Origin: the human T2T-CHM13v2.0 reference genome, Homo sapiens
NCBI RefSeq assembly: GCF_009914755.1
Contig: NC_060934.1
DNA length: 64,000 bases
Direction: 5' to 3' (one strand)
In this document: positions 1-30,629 of the stretch, piece by piece
Numbering within the stretch: position 1 is the first letter of the stretch
How the letters are laid out: each line of letters starts with the position of its first letter
The notes under the pieces: model-generated
Told to the model about the DNA's origin: nothing
The model's input: only the letters and a program-made list of their open reading frames with translations
The model's database searches: none
Program-made: the position numbers and the translations under genes

Positions 1-412
1 ACATATTATGTAGTACCTTTTACATTAGCACCCCCAAAAGTAAAATACTTAGGTACAAATGTAAGAAAACATGTACCAGTCTTATGTGAGGAAAACTACA
101 AAACTCTCATGAAAGATACCAAAGAGAAACTAAATAAATGGAGAGATATTCCATATTTACCAACAGGAAGACTCAATATTGTCATGTTGTCAGTTCTTTA
201 CAACTTGACTTAAAGAGTTAACGCAATCCCCCATCAAAATATCAGCAAGTTATTTTGTGAATATCAACAAACTGATTCTAATATTTATATAGCAAAGCAA
301 AAGACCTACAATAGCCAACACAATATTGAAGGAGAGAGCAAAGTTAGGAGGACTGACTCTCTCCAACTTCAAGACTTACTACAAAACTACAGTAATCAAG
401 AATGTAGTGTTA

Positions 413-570
413 AATTAGCCAGGCATGATGGTGCATGTCTGTAGTCCTGCTTGCTACTCAGGAGACTGAGGTGGGAGGATCACCTGAGAACAGGAGGTCA
501 GCGCTGCAGTGATCATGCCACTGCACTCCAGCCTGAGCAACAGAGTGAGCCCTTGTCTCTTAAAAAAAAA
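413..570 (+). mobile_element. Alu right-monomer fragment (AluJ/FRAM-like)
   Basis: aaattagccaggcatg...ccactgcactccagcctg...A-tail. Confidence 0.85.
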
Positions 571-1683
571 ATTTAAATTAAATTTAAACAAATATTAAAT
601 AAAATGAAAAAGTAAAGATTGTGTGGTATTGACAAAATGATAGACAAATAGATCACTGGAACAAAGTAGAAAGCCCAGAAATAGACCCACATAAATACAG
701 TCAATTGATCTTTGGCAAAGGAGCAAAGGCAATACAATAGAAGAAAGATAGTCGTTTCAACAAATGCTACTGGAATAACTAGACATCCACATCCAAAAAA
801 AAATGATTCTAGACAGACTTTACACCCTTCACAAAAATTAACTCAAAAAGGATCATAGACCTGAATGTAAAATGCAAAACTATGCAACTCCTAGACAGTA
901 ACATAGGAGAAAATCTGGATGACTGAGGGTTTTATGATGACTTTTTAGATACAACACCAAAGACATGATCCATGAAAATAAGAATTGATAAGCTGGACTT
1001 CATTAAAATTAAAATTTTCTGCTCTGAAAAAGACATGCCAAGAGAAAGAAAAGACAAGCCACAAACCAGGAGGAAATACTTACAAAAGACTTATCTGATA
1101 AAGGACTGTTATTCAAAATACACAAAGAATGCTTAAAACTCAGCAATAAGAAAACAAACAGCCCAATTTAAAAATGGGCAAAAGACCTGAACAGATGCCT
1201 CACCAAAGAAGATACACAGATGGCAAATAAGCATATGAAAAGATGCTCCACATCACACGTCACCAGGGAAATGCAAATTAAAACAATAATGAGATACCAC
1301 TGCACACCTATTAGAATGACCAAAGTTCAGAACACTGATAACACCAAATGCTGGTGAGGATGTGGAGTAATAGGAACTCTCATTCATTGCTGGTGGGAAT
1401 GCAAAATGGTACAGCCAGTATGAAAGGCAGTTTGGCAGTTTCTTATAAAACTAAGCATTCTCTTACCATATGATGCAGCAATCACACCCCTTGGTATTTA
1501 CCCAAAGGAGTTGAAAACTTATGTCCACACAAAAACCTGCACACAAATGTTTATAGCAGCTTTATTTTTAGTTGTCAAAACATGGAGGCAGTGAAGATGT
1601 CCTCAGTAGGTAAATGGATAAATAGACTGTGGCATATCCAGAGAGTGGAATATTATTCAGTGCTAACAAGAAAGGAGCTAGCT

Positions 1684-2031
<348 letters not shown>

Positions 2032-2501
2032 CTATCAATCCATGAAAATATATGGAGGAAACGTAAATGCATATGAAGTGAAAGAAGGCAAATTGAAAAG
2101 GTCACATCCTATGTGATTTCATCTGTATGACATTCTTGAAAAGGCAAACTCTCGAGACAGTAAATAGATCAGTGGTTTCTAGGAGGCAGAAGGAAGGGAC
2201 GGATGAACAGGCAGACCAGAGGATTTTTAGGCCAATGCAACTATTCTGTGCTATAATGGTGGATCCATGTCATTATACATTTGTCCAAACCCACAGGGTG
2301 GGCAACACCAAGAGTGAGCCCTAAAGTAATCTATGGATTTTGTGTCAATGTAGGTTGATCACGTGTGACAAGTGTACCACTCTGGTTGATGCTGATAATG
2401 GGGGAAGCCATGCATGCCTGAGGGCAGAGGGTATATGAGATATCTTCCTACCTTCCTCTTAGTTTTGCTGTGAATCTAAAACTGCTCTTTTAAAAAGTCT
2501 A

Positions 2502-2672
<171 letters not shown>

Positions 2673-3165
2673 TTAAAAAAGCAATAAAAAACATCCTCAA
2701 CGCTTTTCTTACATCATATACTAAATTAACTTGATGATGGACCTATGTATAAATGCTAAAACTATCAAATTTCCAGAAAAATCTCCCTGTCTCTCTTTTT
2801 AGAGACAGGGTCACCCAGGCTGGAGTGCAGAGGTAAGATCATACTCATAGTAGCCTCAAACTCCTGGGCTCAAATGATCCTCCTGCTTCAGCCTCCCAAG
2901 TTGCTGGGACTACAGGTGCACAGAAAATCTATTCTTACTTGGAGTAGGCAAAGATTATTTAGATAGAACAAAAATATCAACCTACAAAAGAAAGGAATTG
3001 ATAAATTGTACTTTATCAAAATTAAGATCTTCTGTTCCTTCAAGGCCATTGAAAATAAAATGGCAACGCACTGAGGAGGAAAAATATTAATATTTGCAAC
3101 ACATGTATCTGACAAAGACCATGTTTCCAGAGTATATGAAGGACTCTTACACTCAATAATGATAA

Positions 3166-3360
<195 letters not shown>

Positions 3361-3653
3361 TAAACAAGGGCAAAAGATTTCAACGGACATTTTACAAAAG
3401 AAAAAATAGGAATGGCCAATAAGTCCATGGAACGATGTTCAAGTATCATTAGTCATCAGAGAAAAGTACATTAAAGCACAATGAAAACTGTACATACTCA
3501 CCGGAATGGCTAAAACTGAAAAGACTGACCAAACCAAATGTTGGTCAGGATGTGAAGTAACAAAAACTCTCGTAAATGGCTCGTGGGAATGTAAAATATG
3601 GAACAAGCAATTTGGAAAACAACTCAGCAGTTTCTGATAAAGTTAAGAATATG

Positions 3654-3972
<319 letters not shown>

Positions 3973-4198
3973 GAATAAGCTTATAATATGATCCAGCAAT
4001 TCCACTCCTAGGCATTTACCCAAGAACAATAAAAACACATGTTCACAGAGACTTTTACATGAATAGTCCTAGCAGCTTCATGTACAATAGCCAATAACTG
4101 TAAACAACCCACATATCTCCCGACTGGTGAATAGATACACAAATTGTGATATAGACAATGGAATGCTACCCAACAACACAATGTAAAACATTGATGCA

Positions 4199-5033
<835 letters not shown>

Positions 5034-5316
5034 TGGAAATATTCTACATGTTGGTTGTAAGGATGAATACACAAATGTACAAATGTATCAAAACTCATCT
5101 ATTTGCACACTTTAATTGGGTTCATTTTCTTTGTAAGTTGATTTAAGGAAAGATCAGGCCTTGTCTTCCTTCTACTATATGGTTAGCTATGGGGAAACTC
5201 TACCCCTGAAGCAATGAGCCTTAGGGAGTGACTGTGATTGCCTAGCTCTGACTGTGATTAGATTATATTAGGGCGAAATTGTAGGGAAATTGATCTGATT
5301 GTAGATCTGAGCTACA

Positions 5317-6207
<891 letters not shown>

Positions 6208-6244
6208 AACACTGTCCTCTTACAGATAGTAACGACAGCCTAAC

Positions 6245-6500
6245 AATAAACCATAAATCAGCCAACATCTACTGGGTACTTAATATGTGTCAGTTTTACA
6301 CAATGTGTAAAAATGTGTATATACATTTTTTCAATCCTCATAATGACCTAATGAAATGGGTACTATTGAGATTTCCATTTTGGAAATGACAAAACCAAGG
6401 CTCAGATAGGTTAAGTGACTCTCCCATGGTCACACACTTAGTAGGTGGAGAACTAAATTTTGATTCCAAGTAAGCGAATCCCAAAATGATGGCTCTACAC
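6245..6500 (-). mobile_element. MIR SINE
   Basis: Core ccattttggaaatgacaaaaccaaggctcagataggttaagtgactctcccatggtcacac is the reverse complement of the MIR core. Confidence 0.85.
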
Positions 6501-6584
6501 ACTACTGTTTCCATTCTTCCCTGGCTCCAGTCCATTGTCCTCACAACAGCCTGAGCAAGATTTATGTTTAAAATCAACATCTGG

Positions 6585-6960
<376 letters not shown>

Positions 6961-6979
6961 TCACTTACCTCACTGAAGA

Positions 6980-7260
6980 CCATCCTGATCTTACTTTGGG
7001 TTCATCACATGGCTTCCTGCCTCAGGACCTTGGCACATGCTGTTTTCTTTGCACAGATCCCTCCCTCACCCCGACACAACTCATTCCTCAGGCTCTGTTA
7101 AAATGCCACACTTTTGGAGAGGCTTCCTTGACCCCTCTTTTCCAAATCCAAACAGACCTATTACTCTTTCATTTTAACCTGGGTTTTACAGCCACAGCAC
7201 TTGTCACAATTTGAAGTTATCTTCCTATTTCTGGGTATAACTGGTATATCCTGCTTCACC
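6980..7260 (+). mobile_element. L2 fragment
   Basis: caggaccttggcacatgctgtt...aaatgccacacttttggagaggcttccttgacc resembles the L2 3' region. Confidence 0.6.
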
Positions 7261-7538
7261 AGATGAAGTGAAACTAATTCATACTGCCTTCTTCAAGTCA
7301 GAACTGGCTCTCGTTTCCACTTGCCACATTTCCAGGAAGCTTGTTACCTCTCTTGAGTTTTTCTCCTATCACATTGCCCCAAAACTTCAGGGATTTTCTT
7401 AGCTTGAAGGAGTCAATTCTGATCTCAAATAATTTGACAAGTATAAGATAGAGCCTCTGATCAGTTCACAAGTTTACTGTTTTTGTTTTGTTTTGTTTTT
7501 AACTGTTATTGCTCCTCATGTTGTTAAAAACTAGCCCT

Positions 7539-7842
7539 GGCCAGGCCCACTGGCTCACACCTGTAATCTCAGCACTTTGGGAGGCTGAGGCAGGAGGATC
7601 ACTTGAGCCCAGGAGTTTGAGATCAGACTGGGAAACATAGTGAACTGCCCCCCATGTCTCTATAAAACATAGAACAATTAGCTGGGCATGCTGGCCCATG
7701 CTTGTAGTCTTAGCTGTGTGGGAGGTGAAGGAGAGAGGGTCGCTTGAGCTCAGGAGGTCAAGGTCCAGTGAGCTGTAACTGCACCACCATAGTGAGACTC
7801 TGTCTCTAAATTTAAAAAGTAAAATAAATAAATAAAAATAAA
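7539..7842 (+). mobile_element. AluJ-like
   Basis: ggaggatcacttgagcccaggagtttgag; diverged right arm. Confidence 0.9.
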
Positions 7843-7989
7843 ATTGGATGGCTTCGAGAGACCTGCTGGCAGAGAGAACACCTAGGGTCCTGAGGGGAAG
7901 CTCGCGAGGAGGGAAGAGGCCTCAGGTCACCCTCCTGCAGCCGATGCTTCAGGGAGAAACAAGGAGTCAGCCAGTAGTTTACAGATGAG

Positions 7990-8145
7990 CCCTGGGGAGA
8001 CAGGTAAGGGAGTCGGGAGTCAAGCAGGGATGTGCTCTCTGGAAAAGCTCCCAGGGGGTAGTAGCTTCAGCTGGATCCCACAGCGGACTTGGGTGTCAGT
8101 TTACCCCAAACTTATCTACACTCTGAAGTGAAAGGGACAGGGCCA
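7990..8145 (-). mobile_element. LTR16-like ERVL LTR fragment
   Basis: gcttcagctggatcccacag...ctctgaagtgaaagggacagggcc resembles reverse LTR16. Confidence 0.45.
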
Positions 8146-9073
8146 CAAAACTGATAGAAAGGAGTCTTAGTGGATCTGAGCAGAACCTGACCGCCAAATG
8201 CTGCAAAAGGGAATCCTGCAAACTGGAGAGCGGGATGAAGCGTGGGGACCTGGACAGTCAGCGTGGGTGTAGGAGGTGGGGGCCAGGGAGATGACCTTCA
8301 TCCAGTCTGGGGCTAAGCCACCCTTGAACCTCTCACCCAGACATGGTGAATCCTCTTTGGAAACCACTGCTGACCAGGTCAATATCTTACCTAAGTAGAA
8401 CTGGAAGTCCCAGGGGATGAGCTGTGGCCCAAGAACAGGGGACAGTGTGTGAGCCACCATGCCTGTTGTGAGCCACTGTTCCTGGCTCTGTCTCCATTTG
8501 AAAGGTTCTAAAACACTGCGTCTACCATAAAGCTCTCCTTTCATTTCTTCCCAGTAAGTTCCTTGGCCTCTATCCAAGTGTGCCCACCTCCTCCCTAAGG
8601 CTCTGATTACCAGGAGGAATTAGGAAAAGCAGCTTCTGTCAAGCCACACACACACAAATGCCTTTTTCATTCCTTGCCCTCGAGTCATGCGTGCCCACTT
8701 ACCCTCTCATGACCAAGAAGGGCTACCCAAGTGCTTCTTTCCAACACAAAGGCAATTTGCTCCCAAATAATTGAGAATGTCCCTAGAAAGAAACTGTGAG
8801 AAACTTTTAAATAGAGGCTCATTTCAGATTTTAAAAGAAAAGAATACTGCTTACTAAGTGTTCACAAGCTGCATATCGGTCTGCCTGGCTTAAGCCTCAG
8901 GTCTTCTGCTTTTTTGTAAACCCAGGGCTTCCCATGATGGGCATTCAATATGTATTCGTTGGATGAATGAATGAGTCACCAACTCCTGAATAAAACTATC
9001 AGTAAACTAGGACAAGAGTTTGAGAACCAAAAAATTAACAGAATTATCTCATCATTGTATAAAATGCTGATCA

Positions 9074-9502
<429 letters not shown>

Positions 9503-9577
9503 TCAGACATTAAAAATGGCTTAAAAAGTAACATAAGAAACACCAGGAAACCAACTATAAAGCTTAAGAAATAACGT

Positions 9578-9731
9578 GGCTGGGAACGGTGGCTCATGTC
9601 TGTAATCCCAGCACTTTGGGAGACTGAGGTGGGAGGATCGCTTGAGCAAGAGGTCAACGCTGCGGTGAGCTATGATTGCACCACTGCACTCCAGCCTGGG
9701 CGATAGAGCAAGACCCTGTCTCAAACAAAAA
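9578..9731 (+). mobile_element. Alu monomer (FRAM/FAM-like)
   Basis: Single about 150-bp Alu arm. Confidence 0.85.
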
Positions 9732-9759
9732 GTAGTAGAAGCCACCTGCGTATGCCTTC

Positions 9760-10290
9760 TCACTTTCTTTCCCACCCGAAGGAACCATTGTCTTGAGTTA
9801 AAGAAACTTCTGCAGTCCTGGGAGGGATGGCTCAACATGCTCACCTTTTCCTCTCTAATCACAGGTTATTAAGCCAAGGTGGACACCTGGCACACCTGTG
9901 CCAATCAGTTTCTTCCTCCCAGGAATTTACAAATGAGAGCCTGAGCTAATTTGCTGTGATGAGCAAAACTGACAGGTCATGCTAATTTCAGGGCTCAGAC
10001 TTTTTTCTAGGGGTGTGGCCATCATGAGCCCTGTGCAAGAAGAGTATGAATAATTGGAAGAAAAAAGAAGACAGAGCAGACACACAGAGAAAAGAAAAGG
10101 AGGAGAGGAAAGAGGGAAAGAGGCTTTTTTTTTTGCCTTATTTCTAAATCATTTCCCAATTCCCCTCTCCACCCCTCTAAAGCCTGCCTGCTTTTGCTAT
10201 TTCTGATTTGTGAGAGTTCTTTATAACCTTCCCATGACCTCCGCTTTTCCTTGAACTAGTATGGATGGATTCTATGATTTTTAACTCAAT
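9760..10290 (+). mobile_element. Ancient ERVL/MaLR-type LTR relic
   Basis: ggacacctggcacacctgtgccaatcagtttcttcctcccaggaattt and a 3' cttttccttgaactagtatggatggattct motif typical of old MLT1-like LTRs. Confidence 0.4.
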
Positions 10291-10374
10291 TATCCTTAAG
10301 ATACGCTTTCCCCACCAAAAAAAAAAAACTTTATTCACTAATTACAAGTGGACAAAGTTCCTAGGATCATATAA

Positions 10375-13030
<2,656 letters not shown>

Positions 13031-13089
13031 AAGGAAACAGGTATGTTTCAATGGGAGAGAAGAGGTCTGGTGTTGCAGAGGTAGAGGGA

Positions 13090-13590
<501 letters not shown>

Positions 13591-14389
13591 TATAGTGACT
13601 GTGTATTGTGTTAGCAGGGGAGGGGAGCCAAGACTCAGAACCCGGATGCTTAGGGGAGGGCAACCTTCCTGCAGGAAGGGAGAGGACAAGGGGGAGGTCC
13701 TGGGCAAAGCTCAGAGGCTGCAGGCAGGGTATCTGGGCTGGAGGCACAGGTTGCTGGATGATGATAGCTGGCAATCTGGGTCACATCTTTTCTTGAAAAT
13801 CAGTTTTTCGTATCTCCCAACCTCATAGGGTTTCTTTGAGGATCAAGAAAATGTATTGCATACAAAGAAGCTCTCTTCAAACCATAAAGCACTGCATAAA
13901 GGCTTTTATGATGATTTCCCAATTTTGCCCATGGCTGGCTGGATAAATACATACCCGTCCTGTCCCTCTCAGCAGAAGCTGCTTTATTCCCCTGAAACTC
14001 ATGTTCCTGGGGCCTGGACAGGTAGGGACATGGATGGTTATCTGCATCTCTCTCTGCTCCAAAGACCCAATTTCCCCCAATCAATTTTATGTTATTTTAA
14101 GCCTGTCTTAATATGGGCTCTTAGCAGAAAAAATGCACTTCTTCTATTATTCCTTTATCATATTATAATGCCTTTAGGAGATATTATTTACTTTTGAAAA
14201 ATGGCTAGGTTTTTCTAATATAAACATTATCCTGACCTGTTGATAGAATCCCTTTGTTCAGTTTATCCTGCTAAATATATATATGACTTTGGCCCATTTT
14301 TACTCCTGTAATCCTCTCTCTAGTCTAACCTCCACAGCATCATTATGACATAAATTGTGGAACTGCTTTCTTTTACTCACCATTATTCA

Positions 14390-15900
<1,511 letters not shown>

Positions 15901-16185
15901 GGAAATGTGACTTCACTAGTATGACATCCATTGGGTTTAAATCATTCATACTGAACACTCAGAAAGCTAGCATCCATTATTTCCTGTGGATCTTTTCCCG
16001 TGATGTCTCATCCCAAATTCCACCCAACAATTTCGTGAAGCCACTTTCTCCCACCTTTTGGACTCCACAGACACAATTCCTCTGTGATACCTTTCCTTCC
16101 TCAAAGGCCTGGCCGGGGACCCTGCTTCCCAAATGGACACTCTTCCCACGGTGTACCTCAGCCTCTGGCTCCCTAACCTTCTGGA

Positions 16186-16494
16186 TTTTTTTTTTCTTTT
16201 TTACTTTTTTTGAGACAGAATCTCACTGTGTCACCCAGACTGGAGTGTGCAGTGCTGTGATCTTGGCTCACTGCAGTCTCCACCTCTGGGTTCAAGCAAT
16301 TCTCCTGCCTCAGCCTCCCGAGTAGCTGGGATTGCAGGCGTGTGCCACCACGCCCAGCTAATTTTTGTATTTTTAGTAGATACGAGGTTTCACCATGTTG
16401 GCCAGGCTGGTCTTGAACTCCTGACCTCAGGTGATCTGCCTGCCTCGGCCTCCCAAAGTGCTGGGATTACAGGCATGAGCCAGTGCTCCTGGCC
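16186..16494 (-). mobile_element. AluS
   Basis: TSD ccttctggattt. Confidence 0.95.
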
Positions 16495-17412
16495 CCTTCT
16501 GGATTTCATTGACATTACAAATGCATGTGCTTTGACTTGAAAATGAAACAAAAATACTCTTCATTTTCTCTCCAAAAGCTTGACTGGTTAAAGCTGATCA
16601 AGGGTGAAAATGGCACTTTAAAAGTCATCAACCTAAGTGTGTAACCTAAATTATGCCATTGGCTACACGAAGTGGGGTTTCTACATGAAACACCGTGATA
16701 GAGAGTGGAGCTGGATGCTGTGTGATGTTATCAGCCAAGCTGCCGTCTCCCCAGGACTGCAACACTCAGGACACCACCAGGCATTTTGCTCTCAGTAGCT
16801 TTAAATATCCTTAGTGATGGTCTAATGTGACTCCCACAGGAACACCGTTTGCTGCTTTCTTTTGTAGTTCTTAGTAATAGGAGTCCTTTTTTTTCCCCTA
16901 ACAACGAATGCACAACCTGATCTTGTGTCTTTGTTTCCCACATTGCATGCATTTCATGCTGTCGTGTTTTGTGTTCTTATTTTCTAAACAAGTAGAAAAA
17001 AGAACAGAGATCTACAGGTGTAAATACATGCCTATAAAACCATCCACTATCCTGAGGGTGGATAATAATAATACTACAAACTACGAAATTGATTATATGT
17101 CACTGAGAGTTGTCAACTCCTTACATTTTATTCCAGTATGTTCCATGAATAGAACCGGGAAAATTTTAAATCCCAATTAAACAACACTCATTTTCTGACC
17201 CAAACCAAACTGAGCTTCCTTTCCTGTTTCCCCAGAGAATATAAACAGATACAGTTAAACTGCCATGGAGCCATTATTTTTTTTTTAATTGTGAGACAGA
17301 GAAAAAAAAATACCCAACAAACCTTTCTCCTTTTCAGTTTTGCTTTATATTCTTCATATACTTTTAATGTTGTTTTTGCTTATAGCAAACAAATATAATA
17401 ATGATAATAACA

Positions 17413-17702
<290 letters not shown>

Positions 17703-17829
17703 TGCTAATAACAAAATCAACCACCTACAACCCACACTCATGTCATTAACCTTGAGTCATCCTGGGGTGGCAGGGGGTGGTGACAATGAGACAAGTGTTC
17801 TACTTGAATCCCGTTCCATCACTTGATAA

Positions 17830-17994
<165 letters not shown>

Positions 17995-18152
17995 TGATTG
18001 ATCAGATCCACAAGAAATGGGAGAGAGGTGAGTCCCCTAAGTAAGTGATGCTTACAGACAAATACAACATAGTCACCTCCATTCCAAAACCATAACCTCA
18101 ACAAAAGAAAACATAAAGTCCACTGCTTGTGTGAGGTAGAAAAGTCCACCAG

Positions 18153-18494
<342 letters not shown>

Positions 18495-18559
18495 TTACTT
18501 CTTTGTAAGGTTGTTTGCTTTTGCTCATTGTAAATATCATTCCATAATATAAGCAGCAG

Positions 18560-20070
<1,511 letters not shown>

Positions 20071-20199
20071 TGAAGTTTTCCCCCCACTCAGAGAAACAAC
20101 GTTATATTCAGTGACTTTCAGGTAATAACAGGAAGTCTCTTTTTCAGGTGCTAAAAGTCTAATCGTGTCTATTCTGATATCAAAACTTCAGTCTAGATT

Positions 20200-21770
<1,571 letters not shown>

Positions 21771-22290
21771 GAGATGCAGTTTTTGTTTTGTTTTGTTTTG
21801 TTTTGTTTGTTTTGTTTTTGGGACAGTGTCTGTCACTCACTCTGTCGCCCAGGCTAGAGTGCAGTGGTGCGATCCTGGCTCACTGCAACCTCCGCCCTGC
21901 CGGGTTCAAGCGATTCTCCTGCTTCAGCTACCCGAGTAGCTGGGACTATAGGTGTGTGCCACCACACCCGGCCAAGATGCAGAGTATATTGATCCTTGTG
22001 TCATCCTTAAGGACACTATTTAAGGACTACTTAAGGACAATAGGGTGTCTATTTTAGCTGAGTAAGAAATAATTGGAGTAATGAGGGTAAGATACTCTGG
22101 GTGGGTCTTGAATATCCAGAGCCACGGAACTAAGACTAAAACAGATGGGGTGGAAGGAGGGTGACAGAACAGACTGAAAATGGCATATGCTTGGCAATGC
22201 AGAAAGGATGCCACCGACACAAACAGTGATTGGGGAAATGAGGTAAGAAGGAGGATAAGCTCATGAACATGTCATCAGTAGTAACTGGTC

Positions 22291-23650
<1,360 letters not shown>

Positions 23651-23703
23651 AAAATTGACAGCTCAAGTAACAAAAGTGTAAACATATTAAAAGAACAAAG
23701 GTT

Positions 23704-24645
<942 letters not shown>

Positions 24646-24739
24646 AAAGTTATTATAAAGGTGTCTACTAGAAAAAATATACTAATTTTTCTAAATATAC
24701 TAATATACTAATCTTTCTAAATATACTAATCTTTCTAAA

Positions 24740-26740
<2,001 letters not shown>

Positions 26741-27012
26741 AAAAAATTACATGGGAATAATGTGGGGACAATTTTGTGACCACTGTTTAGAAAATGCAAT
26801 CTGACACAACTTCGAGTATGGACCAGTTGCCTCAGGTGAACCCTGGGTGCTGGACCTGGAATCAGCCAATGGCCGTGTTCCTCTCCCAGATAGCTGCCCA
26901 ACACCACACCCTTAATGCACATTCCTTCGTGGGTTCATTCTTCAGCAGGCAGCACAAGGCCATTCACTGCTCCTACTGCCTCTTTTTATATAGTATCAGA
27001 AAGTTCCAGAGA

Positions 27013-27320
27013 GACTGGGCACAGTGGCTCACGCCTGTAATCCCAGCACTCTGGGAGGCCGAGGCAGGTGGATCACCCGAGGTCAGGAGTTCAAGACCAA
27101 CCTGGTCAACATGGTGAAACACCATCTCTACTAAAAATACAAAAATTAGCTGGGCATGGTGGTGCATACCTATAATCCTAGCTACTCGGGAGGCTGAGGC
27201 AGGAGAATCACTTGAACCCAGGAGGCAGAGGTTGCACACTGAGCCGTGATCGCACCACTGCACTCTAGCCTGGGTGACAGAGGAAGACTCCGTCTCAAAA
27301 AAAAAAAAAAAAAAGAAAGA
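27013..27320 (+). mobile_element. AluS
   Basis: Dimeric Alu; a FLAM(-) follows at about 27490-27623. Confidence 0.95.
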
Positions 27321-29801
27321 AACTACCAGAGAGTTCCAGAACCTTCCTTCAAAACTGGGAGATTCCTGGCCCTTATTCAAGAGGTCCCCCCTATGACTAG
27401 CTGCCTCCTCAGATAAACAACATTTCCAGTGATCTTTAATGGATGATTATGGGGTTCTGTGATGCCCTTCGGTGTAACACATTTGTGTATTTTTTGTTTG
27501 TTTTGCAGAGATGGGGTCTTGCTATGTGGACTAGGCTGGTCTCAAACTCCTGGGCTCAAGAGATTCTCCTGCCTTGGGCTCCCAAAGTGCTGAGATTATA
27601 GGCATGAGCCACCACACCCAGCCCATATTTGTGTTTTAATTGTGGACTTCCTTCACTTTTAGCTCCTTTAAATAAAAGATTCAGGCATTAGAGGTATTGT
27701 GTCCTGTTAAGAGGAAGGACATTGGGGTGGGGGGCCTAGTAAGCATTTGGCGTCTCCCATATTACACAGTGTAAGTGACTTTTGATGGCTTCAATAGGCA
27801 GCCTAGCCTATTAGTACTGCAGCTGGGGACCCACATGGTATCTGGTATTTCTACCACAAGTTAGCTGAGGTATTTGTAAAATCAGCATATTCTTAGGTGC
27901 ATGTTGTCTAAATCATGACTGCCAAGCTCCCAGGAGGAACTCGACTATCCTGTATTTCCAGGATTTCTCCCTTTTTCGGCTGCACCCGGTTGAGCACTTG
28001 CTTGTAAGCCCAGGTTTCCATGCCTAGAACTAATGGTTACCCCAAGGCCCTCTCTTTGCCCTGCAACTGGATGGAATGTATCCCATGAACTCTAAAGGGA
28101 ACCCAGCAGACAGAACATAGCAGTCACTACCTTTAGAAGAAGCATCCTCAATTAGTTCTCTTTCAGGCTGGAGTTACTCCCGGGCTGGGAGTATCCAGCT
28201 TCAGGGAAGGGCTGTCAACCCTGACCCCTGACCCCTCAGGCACGGGGTTGGCTTCTGCAGACATTCCCAGGGCACCCCCTTCTGCCAAGCTTGGGTGTGG
28301 ACAAGTGTAATTAATCGGGTCCTCACCACCAAAGCTTGTTCAGATTTGTCAGTTGGTTGTTTTTTAAATTATTCTGTTTGTCATTCTTCTCACTGAGGCA
28401 GCGGGCTGTTTATCCTACAACACACAGGCAAAGGTGAATCGTGTTAAATGCAGGGAGGAATTAGGGGAGAAGGATTTGGTTTGATGGGGAATTTTCAGAG
28501 GAAACGAAAATCAAGTTTATAGATAAAAACAAGGTAGGAAGCAAAGGATTGGGAGATTTTCAGCCTGTATTACAAAGAATCGACTCTTGCTTCTTCCTAG
28601 ATGCTGAGTCTACATGGATTAGAAGAGAGACGCTCACTTCATCCAGGACACAAAGAGAGCAAGCTTGCAGAGCACTTGCCCAGGCCTGCATCCGCCTTCC
28701 CTGCCTTCCCTCGGATGGGGCTGGGTGATTGCAGCGGCCTTCACCACATTGGGTAGAAGCAGGGAGACATGCAAATTAGAAAACCAGGAGATCGTCACAG
28801 CAGATCAGTTTTCAAAATCTGGGCTGGACATAAACTGGAGTACTTCTAATCTGATCAGGACACCTGGGGCTGTGGCAGGAAGCAAATTCTATTTTTCAAA
28901 AGACAGGAGAATTGCTCTGAGTATCGTGATGGCTCGCATCATCTTTTCCACCAAAATTCCAAGACGCCTTAGCGTTGCTGGATATGTATTGTAAGCCCTA
29001 CAGCCTTCATCTCATCCAGACACTCGAGATAAAGAAATGTTAGCCGGAGTTTAAACCATAAGAACAGATATGACTGAAATGGACCTCATTTCACCGGAGA
29101 TTCCCAAGTCAGATTCACAAACACATGGGGCGTCCTGGTGGATAAACCTTTCCCCGGAAGACACATTTGTGAAGAGTCTTGGCCCCCAGTGTTGAGACTG
29201 ATTCGGCGTCCTGAAATAACAACCCGCTGCCGAGGCACTCCACTCGGAAGGGCGTGAGAGCCTGACCTCTGAGGCTGAAATTACAGACCACCCTGTCAGG
29301 ATGCACGGAGCATGTCGAAGAGGACGAGGCTGGTGCCCGACAGTTGACGCAGCCCGCCTGTTGGCCACAGGGAGCCACTGAAGGCAGATCTCACGTCACG
29401 ATCAGTGGCCTCTGCACGTCTCTGTGAGGCTGGGGAAATGTCAGGGACTGAGGGACTCCCACTTCATCTGCAAGGGGAACAGGGAAAGGCCATCAGTACC
29501 TTCACAAGAACAGAAAAGCTTCCAAAGCAAACTGGAGCATGTCACTTGGTGCGACGCACATGCCGCACGGCCAGCCACCGCCACTCCCCAATTTCTCCTT
29601 TGCTGGGAAAGCCCTAGTTTTGTCATGGTGTCCACACATCTCCTCTAAGGCTCAGAGGCAAACCTCAGCATTTTCAGCCAGTTCTAATGGCTCCATTCCC
29701 CCAGGCAGTGATTTATCTAGGGACGTGGTTGTGCCCATTTCTGGCCATATGCAAAATAAGAGGGAATGGGGAGGGAGTTCTAAGAAATGTTTTCTGGTTT
29801 A

Positions 29802-30156
<355 letters not shown>

Positions 30157-30629
30157 CTAATACAAAATAAAAGAGAAAAAAATACTAGGCAATATGAGAG
30201 TAAAAAGCAACAACCATTTGTATTACATATATTATTTATCTTATGGAAATGGTCCTGCAAGTTAGATATTAATTTCTTTGGTTTCTATCTGAACAAACTC
30301 AAGTTCAAAGCAATTAAGCAATGCTCCCAATCTCACCCAGCCTAAGCTCATCTCTTTCCACTGTAGGCTCGTGCAGATATTTAGGTGGAGAGGAAACTGC
30401 ACCACAAGTAAGACCTAAAACAGGCTTATCATTTGTTTTCCTTCTGGCAACAGGAAAAAGAAAATCTGTCCAGATTTCCAAATCTGTCCTCTGAATGGGT
30501 CTGTGCAAACATCAGGACCTAAAATAGATCTTCCAATAAATAGCACAAAGTAGGGGGGACAGGAGGAAGAAGTACACCGGCCATATAAAATAATACTGTC
30601 CTCTGTTCCAGGAGCATTACATATATCAT

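Noticed and set aside
28665-29650. Overlapping ORFs in the CpG-rich block
   Set aside because: Short, on both strands, with no recognisable homology or consistent exon structure
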